From Octopus vulgaris (taxonomy: Eukaryota), in the NCBI GenBank assembly GCA_951406725.2, contig OX597816.1, forward strand, positions 10,354,001 through 10,418,000: DNA of 64,000 nucleotides. Direction: 5' to 3'. Positions 1-12,770 of this stretch are shown piece after piece. The notes under the pieces are model-generated. The model saw nothing but the letters and a program-made list of their open reading frames with translations. It did not search any database and was not told where the DNA came from. The position numbers and the translations under genes are program-made. Position 1 is the first letter of the stretch; each line of letters starts with the position of its first letter.

Positions 1-352
1 TAGCTTGCTTACCAACCACATGGTTCCAGGTTCCGTCACACTGCGTGGCACCTTGGGCAAGTGTCTTCTCCTATAGCCTCGGGCTGACCAAAGCCTTGTG
101 AGTGGATTTGGTAGATGGAAACTGAAAGAAGCCTGTCATATATATGTATGTGTATGCGTCTGTCTTTGTGCCCCCAACATCGCTTGACAACCGATGCTGG
201 TGTGTTTACGTGCCCATAACTTAGCAGTTCGGCAAAAGAGACCGAAAGAATAAGTACTAGTCTTACAAAGAATAAGTCCTGGGGTTGATTTGCTTGACTA
301 AAGGTAGTGCTCCAGCATGGCCACAGTCAAATGACTGAAACAAGTAAAAGAG
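1..352 (+). mobile_element. tRNA-derived SINE family A (Octopus-type, ~400 bp, internal TA/TG microsatellite), cut by window start
   Basis: B-box-like GGTTCCGTCAC, body ACCTTGGGCAAGTGTCTTCT..GTGAGTGGATTTGGTAGA and tail CTCCAGCATGGCC..GACTGAAACAAGTAAAAGAG recur about 20 times in the window on both strands. Confidence 0.85.
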
Positions 353-1094
353 TAGAAAAACAAAGAATAAACAAACACCAGTAGACTTCCTTTAGTTTCC
401 ATCTACCAAATCCTCTCACATGGCTTTGGTGAGCCCAAGGTTACAGCAGAAGATATTTGCTCAAATATATCTGTAATCGCATGGCTGGGAAGTAAACCTC
501 TTAGCCACACAGCCATGCATTTGTCTACATGACAACAAACAATTAATATAGCGACAAGAACACAACGGTGTTTTTGTAATTATATTCAAATATTGTACTG
601 GCATCAACTTTCAGTGAGAGTCACTTCAGCAAAAATAATAATTAGGATTGTCTTGCGCAAAGAAGTAGGAGATACTTCAGACCAAAATTTTCAATCTTTC
701 TTTTCTGGTGGCACAATAATGATTCAGTTTAGGTTTTATAATCCACATGCAATTATTTTTATCCTAAAATCTGTTCCTGTTTTTTTTTTGTTTTTTTTTT
801 TTACATTAGTTATTGCAAGAATGAAGCAAGTCATTATTTTATCAATACAGTTTCTAAGTTGAAGAGTTTTCCTCGGTTCATTACGTTCCCTTCTATGCAA
901 ATATCTAATTTCTAGTCAAATCTTTATCAATCGTAACCAATTTATTGGCTGTATCCACAATACGTATCAGGATCAGCTGTGAACTTATTTGGTAATTAGA
1001 TCAACAATAGTGACTTCATTCTCATTATTGTTGATGGAGAACTAGGAAAGAAAAATACTCGTCTCTTAAAATATATTCATCATCAGAGGAATGA

Positions 1095-1790
1095 AAGGAG
1101 AAGAGGTACGAAAAACTAATCGAAGAGTGCAGAGAACAGGGATGGAATGTCGAGTATTACCACCTGGCAGTGGGGGCTAGGGGCTTCATTGAAAGGAAAA
1201 TGACTACACTATTCAAAAGAAAATTTGTTTTTTCTAGCTTGGAGCTGTGAAAACTAATAAGGAGAGTACAGGAGGCGGTCGAAAAAGCCAGCTTCTATAT
1301 ATGGCTGAAGTTAGAAGACCAAAAAAGGCTTGAAAGTCATAACATGCTGGCGGGAAGTAACATCACTAGGTGAGACAGGCTGACACTGAATTAGCTTTGC
1401 TGATTGACAGGTGATGGTATCGTTTAGAGAATGTGTGGGCTAAGACTATGCACCCTCCATTGGTCAGTTAAAGCTGAGACAGCGTCACCTGACAACTTGC
1501 TGGGGCTGCCTGCTGGAGCCTAGCAGCAGGTATTTAAAGGGAAATATTTGCCAAGACTGTCAGTCGCCCGCTGACACTCGTTGACGCTACATCAAAATGG
1601 CCAGGGAACAGAAGAAAGAAGACATGCACCCAACACAAGAGCTGAAGACACCTCCGAAAGGGGGGACCCGGCCACGTCAAAACGGTAGAGGAGTAGGGGC
1701 CGAAACCGGATGTGGTTCCTCCTGATGATATCTTGAGCTAACTGGATCCTATAAAGGAGCTGTTGTGGTAGCAGACCACGAAACACGGTT
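1095..1790 (+). mobile_element. 3' fragment of Hero/R2-group (REL endonuclease) non-LTR retrotransposon plus probable 3'UTR
   Basis: Frame from 1095 reads KEKRYEKLIEECREQGWNVEYYHLAVGARGFIE...L*KLIRRVQEAVEKASFYIWLK. This matches the Hero-type C-terminus (KxxKYxxLxxECxxxGW..xVGxRGF..EAAEKASxWLW). Internal stop at 1248; the UTR extent is a guess. Confidence 0.75.
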
Positions 1791-2176
1791 GTAATTCCTC
1801 ATCATTTAATGTTCGTTTTCCATGTTGGCATGGGTTGGATGGTTTTGATATGAGCTGGCAAACTGGAGACCTGCACAGGCTCTAATTGTCTAGTTTGACA
1901 TGGTTTCTATGGCTGGATGCCCTTCTTAATGCTAACTACAAGGTGCCACGCTGTGGGACTGAAACTGCAACCATGTGGTTGGGAAGCAAGCTTCTTACCA
2001 CACAGCCATGACTGCACATAAATTTTAACAAAAATCTTGCAATGACCCTCACCCTGGGTCATACAGACCCTGGTTGAAAACCACTGGCTGGGATCATCAA
2101 AGGTTTTGTTTTCTCTTTAAATCATTGCATTTCATATTTAAGACCTTACCTTTAATCATACTTAATAATAGTTTGC

Positions 2177-2348
2177 TTTTACTCTTTTACTTGTTTCAGT
2201 CATTTGACTGTGGCCATGCTGGAGCACCGCCTTTAGTCAAGCAAATCGACTAGTACTTATTCCATCGGTCTCTTTTGCCGAACCGCTAAGTTACTGGGAC
2301 ATAAACATGTTACTATCAGTTGTCAAGCAATGCCGGGGGGAAAAACAG

Positions 2349-2394
<46 letters not shown>

Positions 2395-2559
2395 ACGACA
2401 GACTTCTTTCAGTTTCCATCTACCAAATCCACTCACAAGGCTTTGGTTGGCCCAAGGCTACAGTAGAAGACACTTGCCCAAGGAGCCACACAGTGGGACT
2501 GAACCCAGAACTATGTGGCTGGTAAGCAAGCTACTTACCATACACCCACTCCTATGCCT
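2177..2559 (-). mobile_element. SINE family A copy
   Basis: Reverse complement of the family A consensus, including the head AGGAGTGGGTGTATGGTAAGTAGCTTGCTTACC. Confidence 0.85.
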
Positions 2560-3705
2560 GAATTAGGAACCTTAAATGACTTATGTTGAAGCACATAACA
2601 GGAAGCTTGAAAGATAAAAACAATAATGCAATCCAGTTGTGTTGCCAGTCATTGTGTTGTTGAAAATAAATCAACCATCATGAGATCAACCCCAGGACAC
2701 AACTGGTATTTAATTTACCGACCCTGAAAGGATAAGAGGCAAAGTCGACCTCAGTGGAATTTGAACTCAGAACATAAAGACAGGCAAAATACCGCTAAGC
2801 ATTTCACCCAGCATGCTAACATTTCTGCCAGCTTGGTGCCTTATTCAACATATATTCCGTACAAGCATGGAATATGGACATAAAATGCTGATGTTTATGG
2901 TTATAGGAAATTTCACTGTAATTATTTTTGCCTAAGAAATTTTGTTTTAAATGACCTCATCACAATTTTTTTAATCCGTGACATTCAATAAAGACTTATC
3001 TATTTAATGCTTTCATAAAATCTTTTATTATTATTTTTTATTTAAAATAAATACTAATATAATTCGTATCAGCATTGTCCAAACAGCGAATTTCCCAGAC
3101 ATGGATGTTTATGTATGTTTCTGCAGGATTTCTGAATTTAAACAAGTATAAAAAATACTGCCTCTAATGTGTGACACTGTATATTCATCACTTCACATAG
3201 AATTTAATTAATACAAAACAGTTTATCTTTTTCTTTTCTTCAAATACTATCGAGATCTGAAGTACTTGTGGCAATTATTTGAAACTCACATTCAGTGGAT
3301 TTTCCAATAAAATATGATACACTTTATATCGGGTTTTACTGACTGGTTAATGCTTCAGAAGTTTGGTCATTGAGAAATTTGTCTGAGCCATTGAATTAGT
3401 CATCTTCTGTTAATTTCTCATTCATTTCAAACAGACCCTTGCTATGTTTTACTTATGTAAACACAGAAAACAGACATGAAGCAACAGAAATCAAAACAAC
3501 AAAAAGAAAACCTTCCAACAATCTAACAAAAAGATCAGAAAATACACAAAAATCATTACAAAGTTGGCAAATGATAAAATCATATATTATAGAGAGGCCA
3601 CTTAAGTTCAATTCCCTCTAAAGCCATCTGATTGCAAAGGAACCCCTGGGCACTGCTCTACCATTCTGTTTGTTGTCATATTTACTTTTTTTTTTGTTTT
3701 AATGA

Positions 3706-4100
3706 AAGTGTGGTAAGAAGCTTGCTTCCCAATCTCATGGATGTGGGTTCAGTACTTCTGCGTGGCACTTTGGGCAAGAGTCTTCTACTATAGCTTTGGG
3801 CCCACCAATGCTTTTGTGACTGAATTTGGGAGACAGAAACTGAAAGAAGCCTGTCATATATATGCATATATCTATGTGTGTGTGTGTGTGTGTTTGTGTG
3901 TGTGTCTCCCCATCACTGCTTGACAACCAGTGTTGGTGTGTTTATGTCCCCATAACTTAGCCGTTAGGCAAAAGAGACCAATAGAATAAGTACTAGGCTT
4001 ACAAAGAATAAGTCCTGGGATTGATTTGTTTGACTATAAAAACCCTTCAATGTGGTGCTCCAGCATGACCACAGTCAGATGACTAAAATAAGCTAAAGAC
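3706..4100 (+). mobile_element. SINE family A copy (older variant)
   Basis: Same head, body and tail blocks as 1-352. Confidence 0.8.
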
Positions 4101-4284
4101 TGAGAGAATATTGTTTCCTTTTGCCTCCTTTTTTGGTATTTTTTTTTCGGAGACCATCTTGTTGGCTGGGGTAGTGACATGCTGACCCACCAGCCTAGGT
4201 ACACAGAATGTATGAATATGGAGCTGATACAGCAAAATTTGGTTGGGCAGACAGAAAATGGAAAAAGCTTGACGTGTGTGTGTT

Positions 4285-4730
4285 CCTTTCTACTATCGGC
4301 ACAAGACCTGAAATTTTATGGGGGAGGGGACTGGTCAGTTACATTGACCCCAGTGTTCAACTGGTACTTATTTTACTGACTCTGAAAGGATGAAAGGCAA
4401 AGTCAACCTCGGTGGGATTTGAACTCAGAACGTAGCAACAAGCATTATACCACTAAGCATTTCATCCAGTGTGCTAACGATTCTGCCAGCTCACCACCTT
4501 AATAATAATAATAATCTTTTCTACTATAGGCACAAGGCCTGAAATTTTGTGGGGGAGAGGACTAGACAATTACATCGACCCCAGTGTTCAACTGATACTT
4601 ATTTTACTAACCCCGAAAGGATGAAAGGCAAAGTCAACCTCAGTGGAATTTGAACTCAGGACATAGCGATGGACAAAATAACACTAAGCATTTCATTCAG
4701 CATGCTAATGATCTTGCCAGCTCGCCACCC
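4285..4730 (-). mobile_element. Two tandem copies of SINE family B (Meta-domain-like core)
   Basis: Minus strand GGCGAGCTGGCAGAATCGTTAGC..TGAGTTCAAATTCC..GACTTTGCCTTTCATCCTTTCGGGGT..AAGTACCAG. Further copies near 2690, 5740, 6075, 14612, 23960, 27432, 37295, 37895 and 41760. Confidence 0.8.
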
Positions 4731-5254
4731 CATGTGGTGTATGTGTTGGTTTCTCTTCATATATATATATTTCCAGCTTATTTGTGACCCTTGGATCTCA
4801 TCCCACTTCAAGTTATACACATGGAGAGAGATTTGAACTTAGCATTCCAAGTTAGTGAAGCTCTCTTAATTTTGCTCCCACTGCTTATGATAGTCATCTC
4901 AACCATTGTTATGCTAAATTACAGTGAGATAGATCAGGCCATTTGAGAGATATCTGTTTTAGCTTAGCCATATATTCTGGGAACAAAATATGGGAGAAAG
5001 ATGAGATTCCTCAGATGGTTATGTGGTATCTAAACAAATTCCTATCAAACACATTTTCCTAAAATGTTTATCTTCATCAAATTCTAATCATAATTTTGTT
5101 CCAATCGTATCTGATACTAAAACAAATGCTTTCGTTCATCTGCAGAAGAATGGTTTATATATATATATATATAATATAAATAATATATAAATATATGCAT
5201 ATATACATACATATATGTACATACCTACATATATACATGTATACATACATGTAT

Positions 5255-5570
5255 ATATGGGTACAGGACATCAAAAAAACGTTGAACACAATGAGAAACA
5301 AAACTTTTTTTTGAACAACGACATAAAGAATAGTCCCCTTCTTCAGTTGTCCCTGTTTCATCTACTCCACGTTTCGAAGGCAAGGACAAGACGCGACTTC
5401 ATTGAAACAGTCCTTCCCGCAAAGCTAATTAAATAAAATTTGGAATTTTTTGCAGAGGAATAAAGTGGTAAAAAAAAACAGGACAGTGAGAACAAAACAG
5501 TAAAAACAAACGATATGGGCTGTGAAGCCAAGACGATAGAAAAATTATTATGAATGCGAGGAAGACAAGC
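5255..5570. repeat. Dispersed repeat next to a (TA)n tract, possibly a Penelope-like terminal repeat
   Basis: GTACAGGACA..GAACACAATGAGAAA..CCCCTTCTTCAGT..GTTTCATCTACTC recurs at 59060-59220. Confidence 0.5.
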
Positions 5571-6324
5571 TTATGAAGGAGACAGTATAAGCACATATAC
5601 ATATATATTGTTTCTTGTAGAATATCAGGCTAAAAATATTTACACCTGAGAAGAAAATCAGATTTATTTTGTTCTGGAGTATAATTCATAAAAATAAAAA
5701 AAAAATAAGTAGCTTTGTGCAATAATAATAATAATAATCTATTCTACTACAGGGACAAGGCCTGAAATTTTTGAGGGGATGGAGTAAGTCAGTTACATTG
5801 ACCCCAGTGTTTCACTGGTACTTACTTACTCTGAAAGGATGAAAGGCAAAGTTGACCTCGGTGGAATTTGAAATCAGAACATAAAGACGGATGAAATACT
5901 GCTAATCATTTTTGCCCGGTGTGCTACCGATTCTGCCAGCACACTGTCTCATAATAATAATAATAATCCTATTATAGGCACACAGTCTTACTACTACTGC
6001 TACTACTACTACTACGTTATGATGAGGATATTGATGGTAACAGCAATGATGATAACGATCATAATAATAATAATAATCCTTTCTACTATAGGAACAAGGC
6101 CTCAAATTTGGGGGAGGGGTATAGTCAATTACATGAATCCCTGTACTTGACTGGTACTTAATTTATCGACCCCAAAATGATGAAAGGCAAAGTCAACCTC
6201 AGCAGAATTTGAACTGAGAGCAAAAGGACAGATGAAATGCTGCTAAGCATTTAGCCTGGCATGCTAATGATTCTGCCAGCTCGCCACCTTCATTGATAAT
6301 AATTCCATTACAGGTATATGGCCT

Positions 6325-6334
6325 GACTACTACA

Positions 6335-6400
<66 letters not shown>

Positions 6401-6510
6401 TAAAAAAATGATTATGAAGATGATAGTGATGGTAATGGCAATAAAGATGATCATAATAATAATAATGAAAATGATGACGATAATATCAACAACAAGAACA
6501 ACAATCATTT
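6325..6510. repeat. Compound (ACT)n(AAT)n and degenerate (GAT/AAT) microsatellite
   Basis: Directly visible triplet runs. Confidence 0.95.
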
Positions 6511-7113
6511 CAATAATTTCCAAAGATATACAAGAGAATCCGAAAGGAGCAGCAGGAGAATAATCAGTGGTCAGTGAAGAAATAATCAATTACTGTCGTT
6601 TCTGGCCGTCCAGTGGCAGGCAAAAGGAAAGAAATATATTGTCCTGTTTTCTTCCCTATCTCAATGGAACTTTCATCCGTTGCAAAGTATATCCATGTTA
6701 TGAAATACCCACAGAAAGAAAACATGTACAAACATACAACACAAAAAAAAAAAAAAAAAAAAAAAACCAATCGAAGAACAGCAAAATGACCATATTGTAG
6801 AACGTACCAATGTCTCGGACTATTCATCATATCGGAATAGTCAAAACAGGAAGGAAACTGAGAAATATTCTCAATATTATTGCTGAAAACTATTGGGAAA
6901 AGAAGCATCACCTAATCAATTTTCCAATTCCTCCTTTTGGTGTCAACCCACTTGAGACGGTCCCTTGGTCTTGTGATATAAACTTCATGTCTTAAAGAGA
7001 CCTGAATTAAAACCTTCCATCAAATCTTCCGTTAGTTTATGGTCCAATCACCGGCTTAATAACGGCAAAGTTGTTTTACTAGATTCTTCATAATTTTTTT
7101 TTTTGCATTTAAT

Positions 7114-7890
7114 GGCGTAGGAGTGGCTGTGTGTTAAGTAGCTTGCTTACCAACCACACGGTTGCGGGTTCAGTCCCACTGCGTGGCATCTTGGGCAAGT
7201 GTCTTCTGCTATAGCCCCGGGCCGACCAATGCCTTGTGAGTGGATTTGGTAGACGGAAACTGAAAGAAGCCTGTCGTATATATGTATATATATGTATATA
7301 TGTGTGTGTTTGTGTGTCTGTGTTTGTCCCCCTAGCATTGCTTGACAACCGATGCTGGTGTGTTTACATCCCCGTCACTTAGCGGTTCGGCAAAAAGAGA
7401 CCGATAGAATAAGTACTAAAAGGTGGTGCTCCAGCATGGCCGCAGTCAAATGACTGAAACAAGTAAAAGAGTAAAAGAGTAGGAGTGGCTGTGTGGTAAG
7501 TAGCTTGCTTACCAACCACATGGTTCCGGGTTCAGTCCCACTGCGTGGCATCTTGGGCAAGTGTCTTCTGCTATAGCCCCGGGCCGACCAATGCCTTGTG
7601 AGTGGATTTGGTAGACAGAAACTGAAAGAAGCCTGTCGTATATATGTATATATATATGTATATATGTATGTGTGTATATGTTTGTGTCTGTGTTTGTTCC
7701 CCTAGCATTGCTTGACAACCGATGCTGGTGTGTTTACGTCCCCGTCACTTAGCGGTTCGGCAAAAGAGACCGATAGAATAAGTACTGGGCTTACAAAGAA
7801 TAAGTCCTGGGGTCGATTTGCTCAACTAAAGGCGGTGCTCCAGCATGGCCGCAGTCAAATGACTGAAACAAGTAAAAGAGTAAAAGAGAA
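7114..7890 (+). mobile_element. Two head-to-tail young copies of SINE family A
   Basis: 7114-7476 and 7478-7890 are nearly identical and share the variant CCCCGGGCCGACCAATGCC; the first has an internal deletion. Confidence 0.9.
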
Positions 7891-7971
7891 AAGAGAGAGA
7901 GAGTAATGAAAAGAAAAGTAGTTTCTGTAGAAATATGGTAACAAAAGAGTTATCCCTTTTTATACCAACCT

Positions 7972-8393
7972 ATTTCTTTACAACCCACAAGGGGCTAAAT
8001 ACAGAGAGGACAAACAAGGACAGACAAACGGATTAAGTTGATTATATCGACCCCAGTCTGTAACTGGTACTTATTTAATCGACCCCGAAAGGATGAAAGG
8101 CAAAGTCGACCTTGGCGGAATTTGAACTCAGAATGTAACGGCAGATGAAATACCAGGGAGCATTTCGCCCGGCATGCTAACATTTCTGCCAGCTCGCCGC
8201 TTTTTGAAGAAGGAGTGAGAGAAAGTTGTGGTGAAAGAGTACAGCAGGAATCACCACCACCCCCTGCCGGAGCCTCATGGAGCTTTAGGTGTTTTCGCTC
8301 AATAAACACTCACAACACCTGGTCTGGTAATCGAAACTACGATCCTATGACCACGAGTCCGCTGCTCTAACCACTGGGCCATTGCGCCTCCAC
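7972..8393 (-). mobile_element. Composite SINE (family C tRNA head + family B) with 14-bp target-site duplication
   Basis: TTTTATACCAACCT at 7958-7971 and 8394-8407 brackets the family C head (GGAGGCGCAATGGCCCAGTGGTTAG) joined to a complete family B copy. Confidence 0.8.
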
Positions 8394-8964
8394 TTTTATA
8401 CCAACCTGTGTAAGACCATCTTCATGCTTTAAAGTGATACAAATTAAAGCTTTCCGGCATGATTCTATCTTGGTTTATGTTCCAAAAACCAGTTTAATAA
8501 TGGTAAAGTTATTTATCTTGCCGACTTATTCATTATTGCCAGAATTAATTGCCACAAAGGTTGTGTATTTTAACAGGAATTTGACAGCAAAAAAGGTTGA
8601 AGAAATTATTGAAAGATAAAAGATCTGGTAACTGTGCTATCTAAAATGTGGTTGTTAAAAAAAATGACATTCCTTATAATAACAACTGCTTTGGAAACAA
8701 TAAAAGGATATACAGGCAAACAGACTTGAAGTAGTTCTGTATTTGAGAGATGAGGAATTATTTACAACAAACATAAAAAGAATATTTATACATAAACTTG
8801 ATCGATTCGTGTTTTAGCCACTGCCAGGTAGTGTGTTTAATTTGTTCACTGAATACCATCGCAAATTCCCCCTTGGTTTTCAAACATCCCACCTAAACCA
8901 CAGAATAAAGGGGGGAAATTTGCCCAATTTTTCAAATCCTGGCAGCAATATTGTAACTGGAACT

Positions 8965-9191
8965 ATTTACATTTGACAGATATTTGTCCTCGTCTTGTTT
9001 GTTGTTAACATAACATTTCGGCTGATATACCCTCCAGCCTTCATCAGGTGTCCTGGAGGTATTTCGAACCTGGGTTCTCATTCCTTAGGTATTTTTCGAT
9101 GTTATCATTATTATCATTATTCAGGTCACTGCCTGGAATCAAACTCGGAATCTTGGGGTTAGCAGCCTGTGCTCCTAACCACTACACCATG
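8965..9191 (-). mobile_element. tRNA-headed SINE carrying a hammerhead-like motif
   Basis: Minus strand: A-box TGGTGTAGTGG, B-box-like GAGTTTGATTCC, (AAT)n linker, then GACAC-CTGATGA-AGGCTG..CAGCC-GAAATGTT-ATGTT. A truncated second copy is at 55796-55918 (+). Confidence 0.7.
9007..9052 (-). ncRNA. Degenerate minimal type-I hammerhead ribozyme motif
   Basis: Intact CTGATGA, 5-bp stem II GGCTG/CAGCC, GAAA box. GAAATGTT is one CpG-type change from palindromic GAAACGTT; stem I GACAC/ATGTT has one mismatch. Confidence 0.6.
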
Positions 9192-9879
9192 GAGTGAATT
9201 TTAGGGCTCATAGATCTAATATTTTCCTATCCTTCCTTAATACCGGTTCCTATATGCTATTCAAATCTGTACTTGGTCTGCTTAGGAGGTTGTTGTGTCC
9301 TACCATATGTGCTGCCTCTTTTAGTTTTCGTATTTTTCAGTGGTGTTCTCTGTCTATTATTCATCCCACAGGGGGAGGTGGTCTCTATTTTTCCATACAT
9401 GAGCAGCTATACCCGATTTATCAATATCTCCTCGTGTCACAACTTTGTGATGTTTCTCTACCTGAAGTAGACATTGATTGGAGAGGGCATATCATTTGAT
9501 GATGATGTGAGTGACAACAGAAGGAATATTACAACCCTAACTGGATGAATGATTGAATGACAAATCAAATATATATATAAAAAAAAATTAATGACCAAAA
9601 ACTGTAAGATTTATGGATATAACAATATTAGATAGTATACCAGAAAGACAAGAAGCAAAACTGACATCAGTTGGGTTTGAATTCAGAAAGTAAACAGTTG
9701 GAACAATCTGGATTTAAAACACTGGATGATGACGATGATGATGATAATGATGATGATAATCAAGTACTTTATTCAATGAATGGACAAATTTGAATGCTAA
9801 GGATTTAAAGATGATACAAATAAGTGATATTCAAACTCTCATCCTTCAAAGTATACAACAGCGAATACCAGTGGCTGAT

Positions 9880-10200
9880 AAGGGGTTCCTACAAAATGAG
9901 TTTGAAGTAATGGTACTTGATGGAGTACAACAGGTTGAGCCCCTACTTCTCTGGATTGAGAGATCTGAGCTCTGATACGATGGATGTGTAGTAAGAATGT
10001 CTCAGGAAAGAATCACAGGAGAGGCTTCACAGGTAAAATCCAACCAGCAGGAGAGCCAGGGATAATCCACGAGGAAGATGGTTGGATAACGTCCCTGAGT
10101 TTGGTCGATCTCACTTGGTGATCAAACTGGAATGATTGGAGATGGTTGCTTCTGTGAAGACCTGATGAAAGGTGTGCTCGAGAACTCTTCCTCCATGACC
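9880..10200 (+). mobile_element. Degraded RTE-clade (Rex3/Expander-like) LINE C-terminal fragment
   Basis: VEPLLLWIERSEL*Y..VVRMSQERI..RGRWLDNV across frameshifts resembles the RTE tail EPLLLxIERSQLRWxGHxxRM..RPRxRWxD. Confidence 0.65.
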
Positions 10201-10769
10201 TTCCCAGTAATAAGTGGGCGAAGATGAGGAGAAGATAAGATTCCTCAGAGAATCAGGTCTGCAAACAAAAGTCTGCATAGACAATGGGTTTCCTGGTGAA
10301 ACACAAACACATTTCAACCTTTTAATTGCATATTTAAAGGAGCAATTATTGTTCTGATAAAATATTCAACAAAATTGTATTTTTCCTTTTTTTTGCTTTG
10401 TAAATGCTATCGTAGAACACAAGTACTAAAAAGAAACAAAAAACCCAGCAGAAACAAAAACAAAAAAAAAGAAAGCAAACAGCTCCCAAAAACTGAATAC
10501 ATTTCCTCTGGTTAGATCTGCAATATGGATAGTTGTTTAACTTTGTTCAGCGAGACTTTAATTTAAGCCAATGATTGACGTACGTACTCTATGAAAGGAT
10601 GTCTATACTTTCAAGTTAATTTCCCAAATGGAATGATAGATGAGTTTCAGGAAATTAAACTCAGTTACATTACAACTAGATGCCTCGTTCAAACATGGTT
10701 TACATTATTATTTGGAGTGAATTTATGAACTTGTTGTTTATAAAGATGAAAAGGATGTTTAACTACAAG

Positions 10770-10777
10770 TTGTGTGC

Positions 10778-10827
<50 letters not shown>

Positions 10828-10993
10828 TCACACATATTCATATATTTATTCATACATACATATACATATGTACACACATATATTTACAAATCCCCCCATA
10901 TATATATATATATATACACACACACATACATACACACATTAACATTGAAAAAATAAGTATATGTGTACATATATACATACATATATCTATGTA

Positions 10994-11026
<33 letters not shown>

Positions 11027-11310
11027 GGGGGAATTTGTAAATATGTGTGTGTATGCGTGTACATATGTATAAGTGTGTGAGTGTGTGTATATATATATAT
11101 ATATACACACACACATATATATATATATATGGGGGGATTTGTAAATATGTGTGTGTATGTGTGTACATATGTATAGTGTGTGAGTGTGTATATATATATA
11201 TATATACACACACACATACATACATGTATATATGGATATATATATATATATACACACACACATATATATATACACATATATATATTTGTATGTATATATA
11301 TAGAGAGAGA
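10770..11310. repeat. Complex (TA)/(CA)/(TG) low-complexity array with internal inverted units
   Basis: TTTACAAATCCCCCCATAT near 10883 versus ATATGGGGG(G/A)ATTTGTAAA near 11023 and 11127. Confidence 0.9.
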
Positions 11311-11477
11311 GTTTGTAAGTAAATTTACATGTCTAAGTGTAATAAACATACAATTTAACCTCACTCTACAAATAAACCCTGTGGCCTATTTGCACAGTCA
11401 GGTTAAATCTATATTTATTACACTTTAAAATGAAAATTTATTTACAAGCTCATCCATATGCATACATGATGCCCCAG

Positions 11478-11517
<40 letters not shown>

Positions 11518-11796
11518 AAGTTGGATTTAAGAAAAAAAAAAAGTTTAGATTTTTTTAGTTGATAATGCCTTGGGGGGAAAATATGGAGTAGGCACATGAA
11601 AGGAAGAGCTTAAAATATAATTCAATACTTGGATGGAGATATATATATATATAAAGACACCCACACATAACACACACAAACACACACACACACACATATA
11701 TAATATACATACACATATGGACACACTCATATAAAAGTATATCTGTCAATCTCTCTCTAACTCTACATATGTGTGTGTGCATGCATATGTATATTC

Positions 11797-11841
<45 letters not shown>

Positions 11842-11899
11842 TATATGTATATTCATTATCTTCAGGAAGTTCGAAATCTTCAGCTTCCTGAAGATTCTC

Positions 11900-11943
<44 letters not shown>

Positions 11944-12089
11944 TATATATAGATATTATATCATAAGCATTCATTTATTTGAACACACAGGCACTTGCAC
12001 TGTGCGTGTGCACGTACATACATTCTTGAATAAATTTGTATATGTATATAGTGTATTTGTGTAGGGATATCTTTTCTTTTTCTTTATTT

Positions 12090-12288
12090 TCTTTTACTTG
12101 TTTCAGTCATGGGACTGTGGCCATGCTGGAAAACCGCCTTTAGTCGAGCAAATCGACCCCAGGACTTATTCTTTGTAAGCCCAGTACTTATTCTATCGGT
12201 CTCTTTTGCCGCACTGCTAAGTTACGGGGACTTAAACACACCAGCATTGGTTGTTAAGCGATGTTGGGGGACAAACACAGACACACAA

Positions 12289-12328
<40 letters not shown>

Positions 12329-12770
12329 GTAGAGTTAGAGAGAGATTGACAGATATACTTTTTTTTTTTACTTGTTTCAGTCACTTGATTGCGGCTATGC
12401 TGGAGCACTGCCTTTAATCGAGCAACTCGACCCTGGGACTTATTCTTTTTTTTTGTAAGCCCAGTACTTATTCTATCGGTCTTTTTTGCCAAACCGCTAA
12501 GTAACGGGGAGATAAACACACCAGCATCGGTTGTCAAGCAATGCTAGGGGGACAAACACAGACACACAAACACACACGCATATATATATATATATATACA
12601 TATATACGACGGGCTTCTTATCAGTTTCCGTCAACCAAATCCACTCACAAGGCTTAGGTTGACCTGAGACCATAGAAGACATTTACCCAGAGTGTCATGC
12701 AGTGGGACTGAACCCGGAACCATGTGGTTGGTAAACAAGCTACTTACCACACAGCCACTCCTACGCCTAT
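12090..12770 (-). mobile_element. Partial plus full SINE family A copies
   Basis: Two tail blocks (12090-12325, 12361-12770) with a short non-SINE piece between them. Confidence 0.85.

Noticed and set aside
5325-5395. Minus strand TCGAAACGTGGAGTA...CTGAAGAAGGGG as a type-II hammerhead
   Set aside because: No stem I can form between GTA and CTGAAGA; only an alternative TTGTCCTTG/CAGGGACAA helix is evident.
6520-6760. Unique-looking sequence with overlapping short ORFs (also 56300-57030 and 60990-61250)
   Set aside because: No recognisable domain or convincing splice-site pair; an exon cannot be supported from sequence alone.
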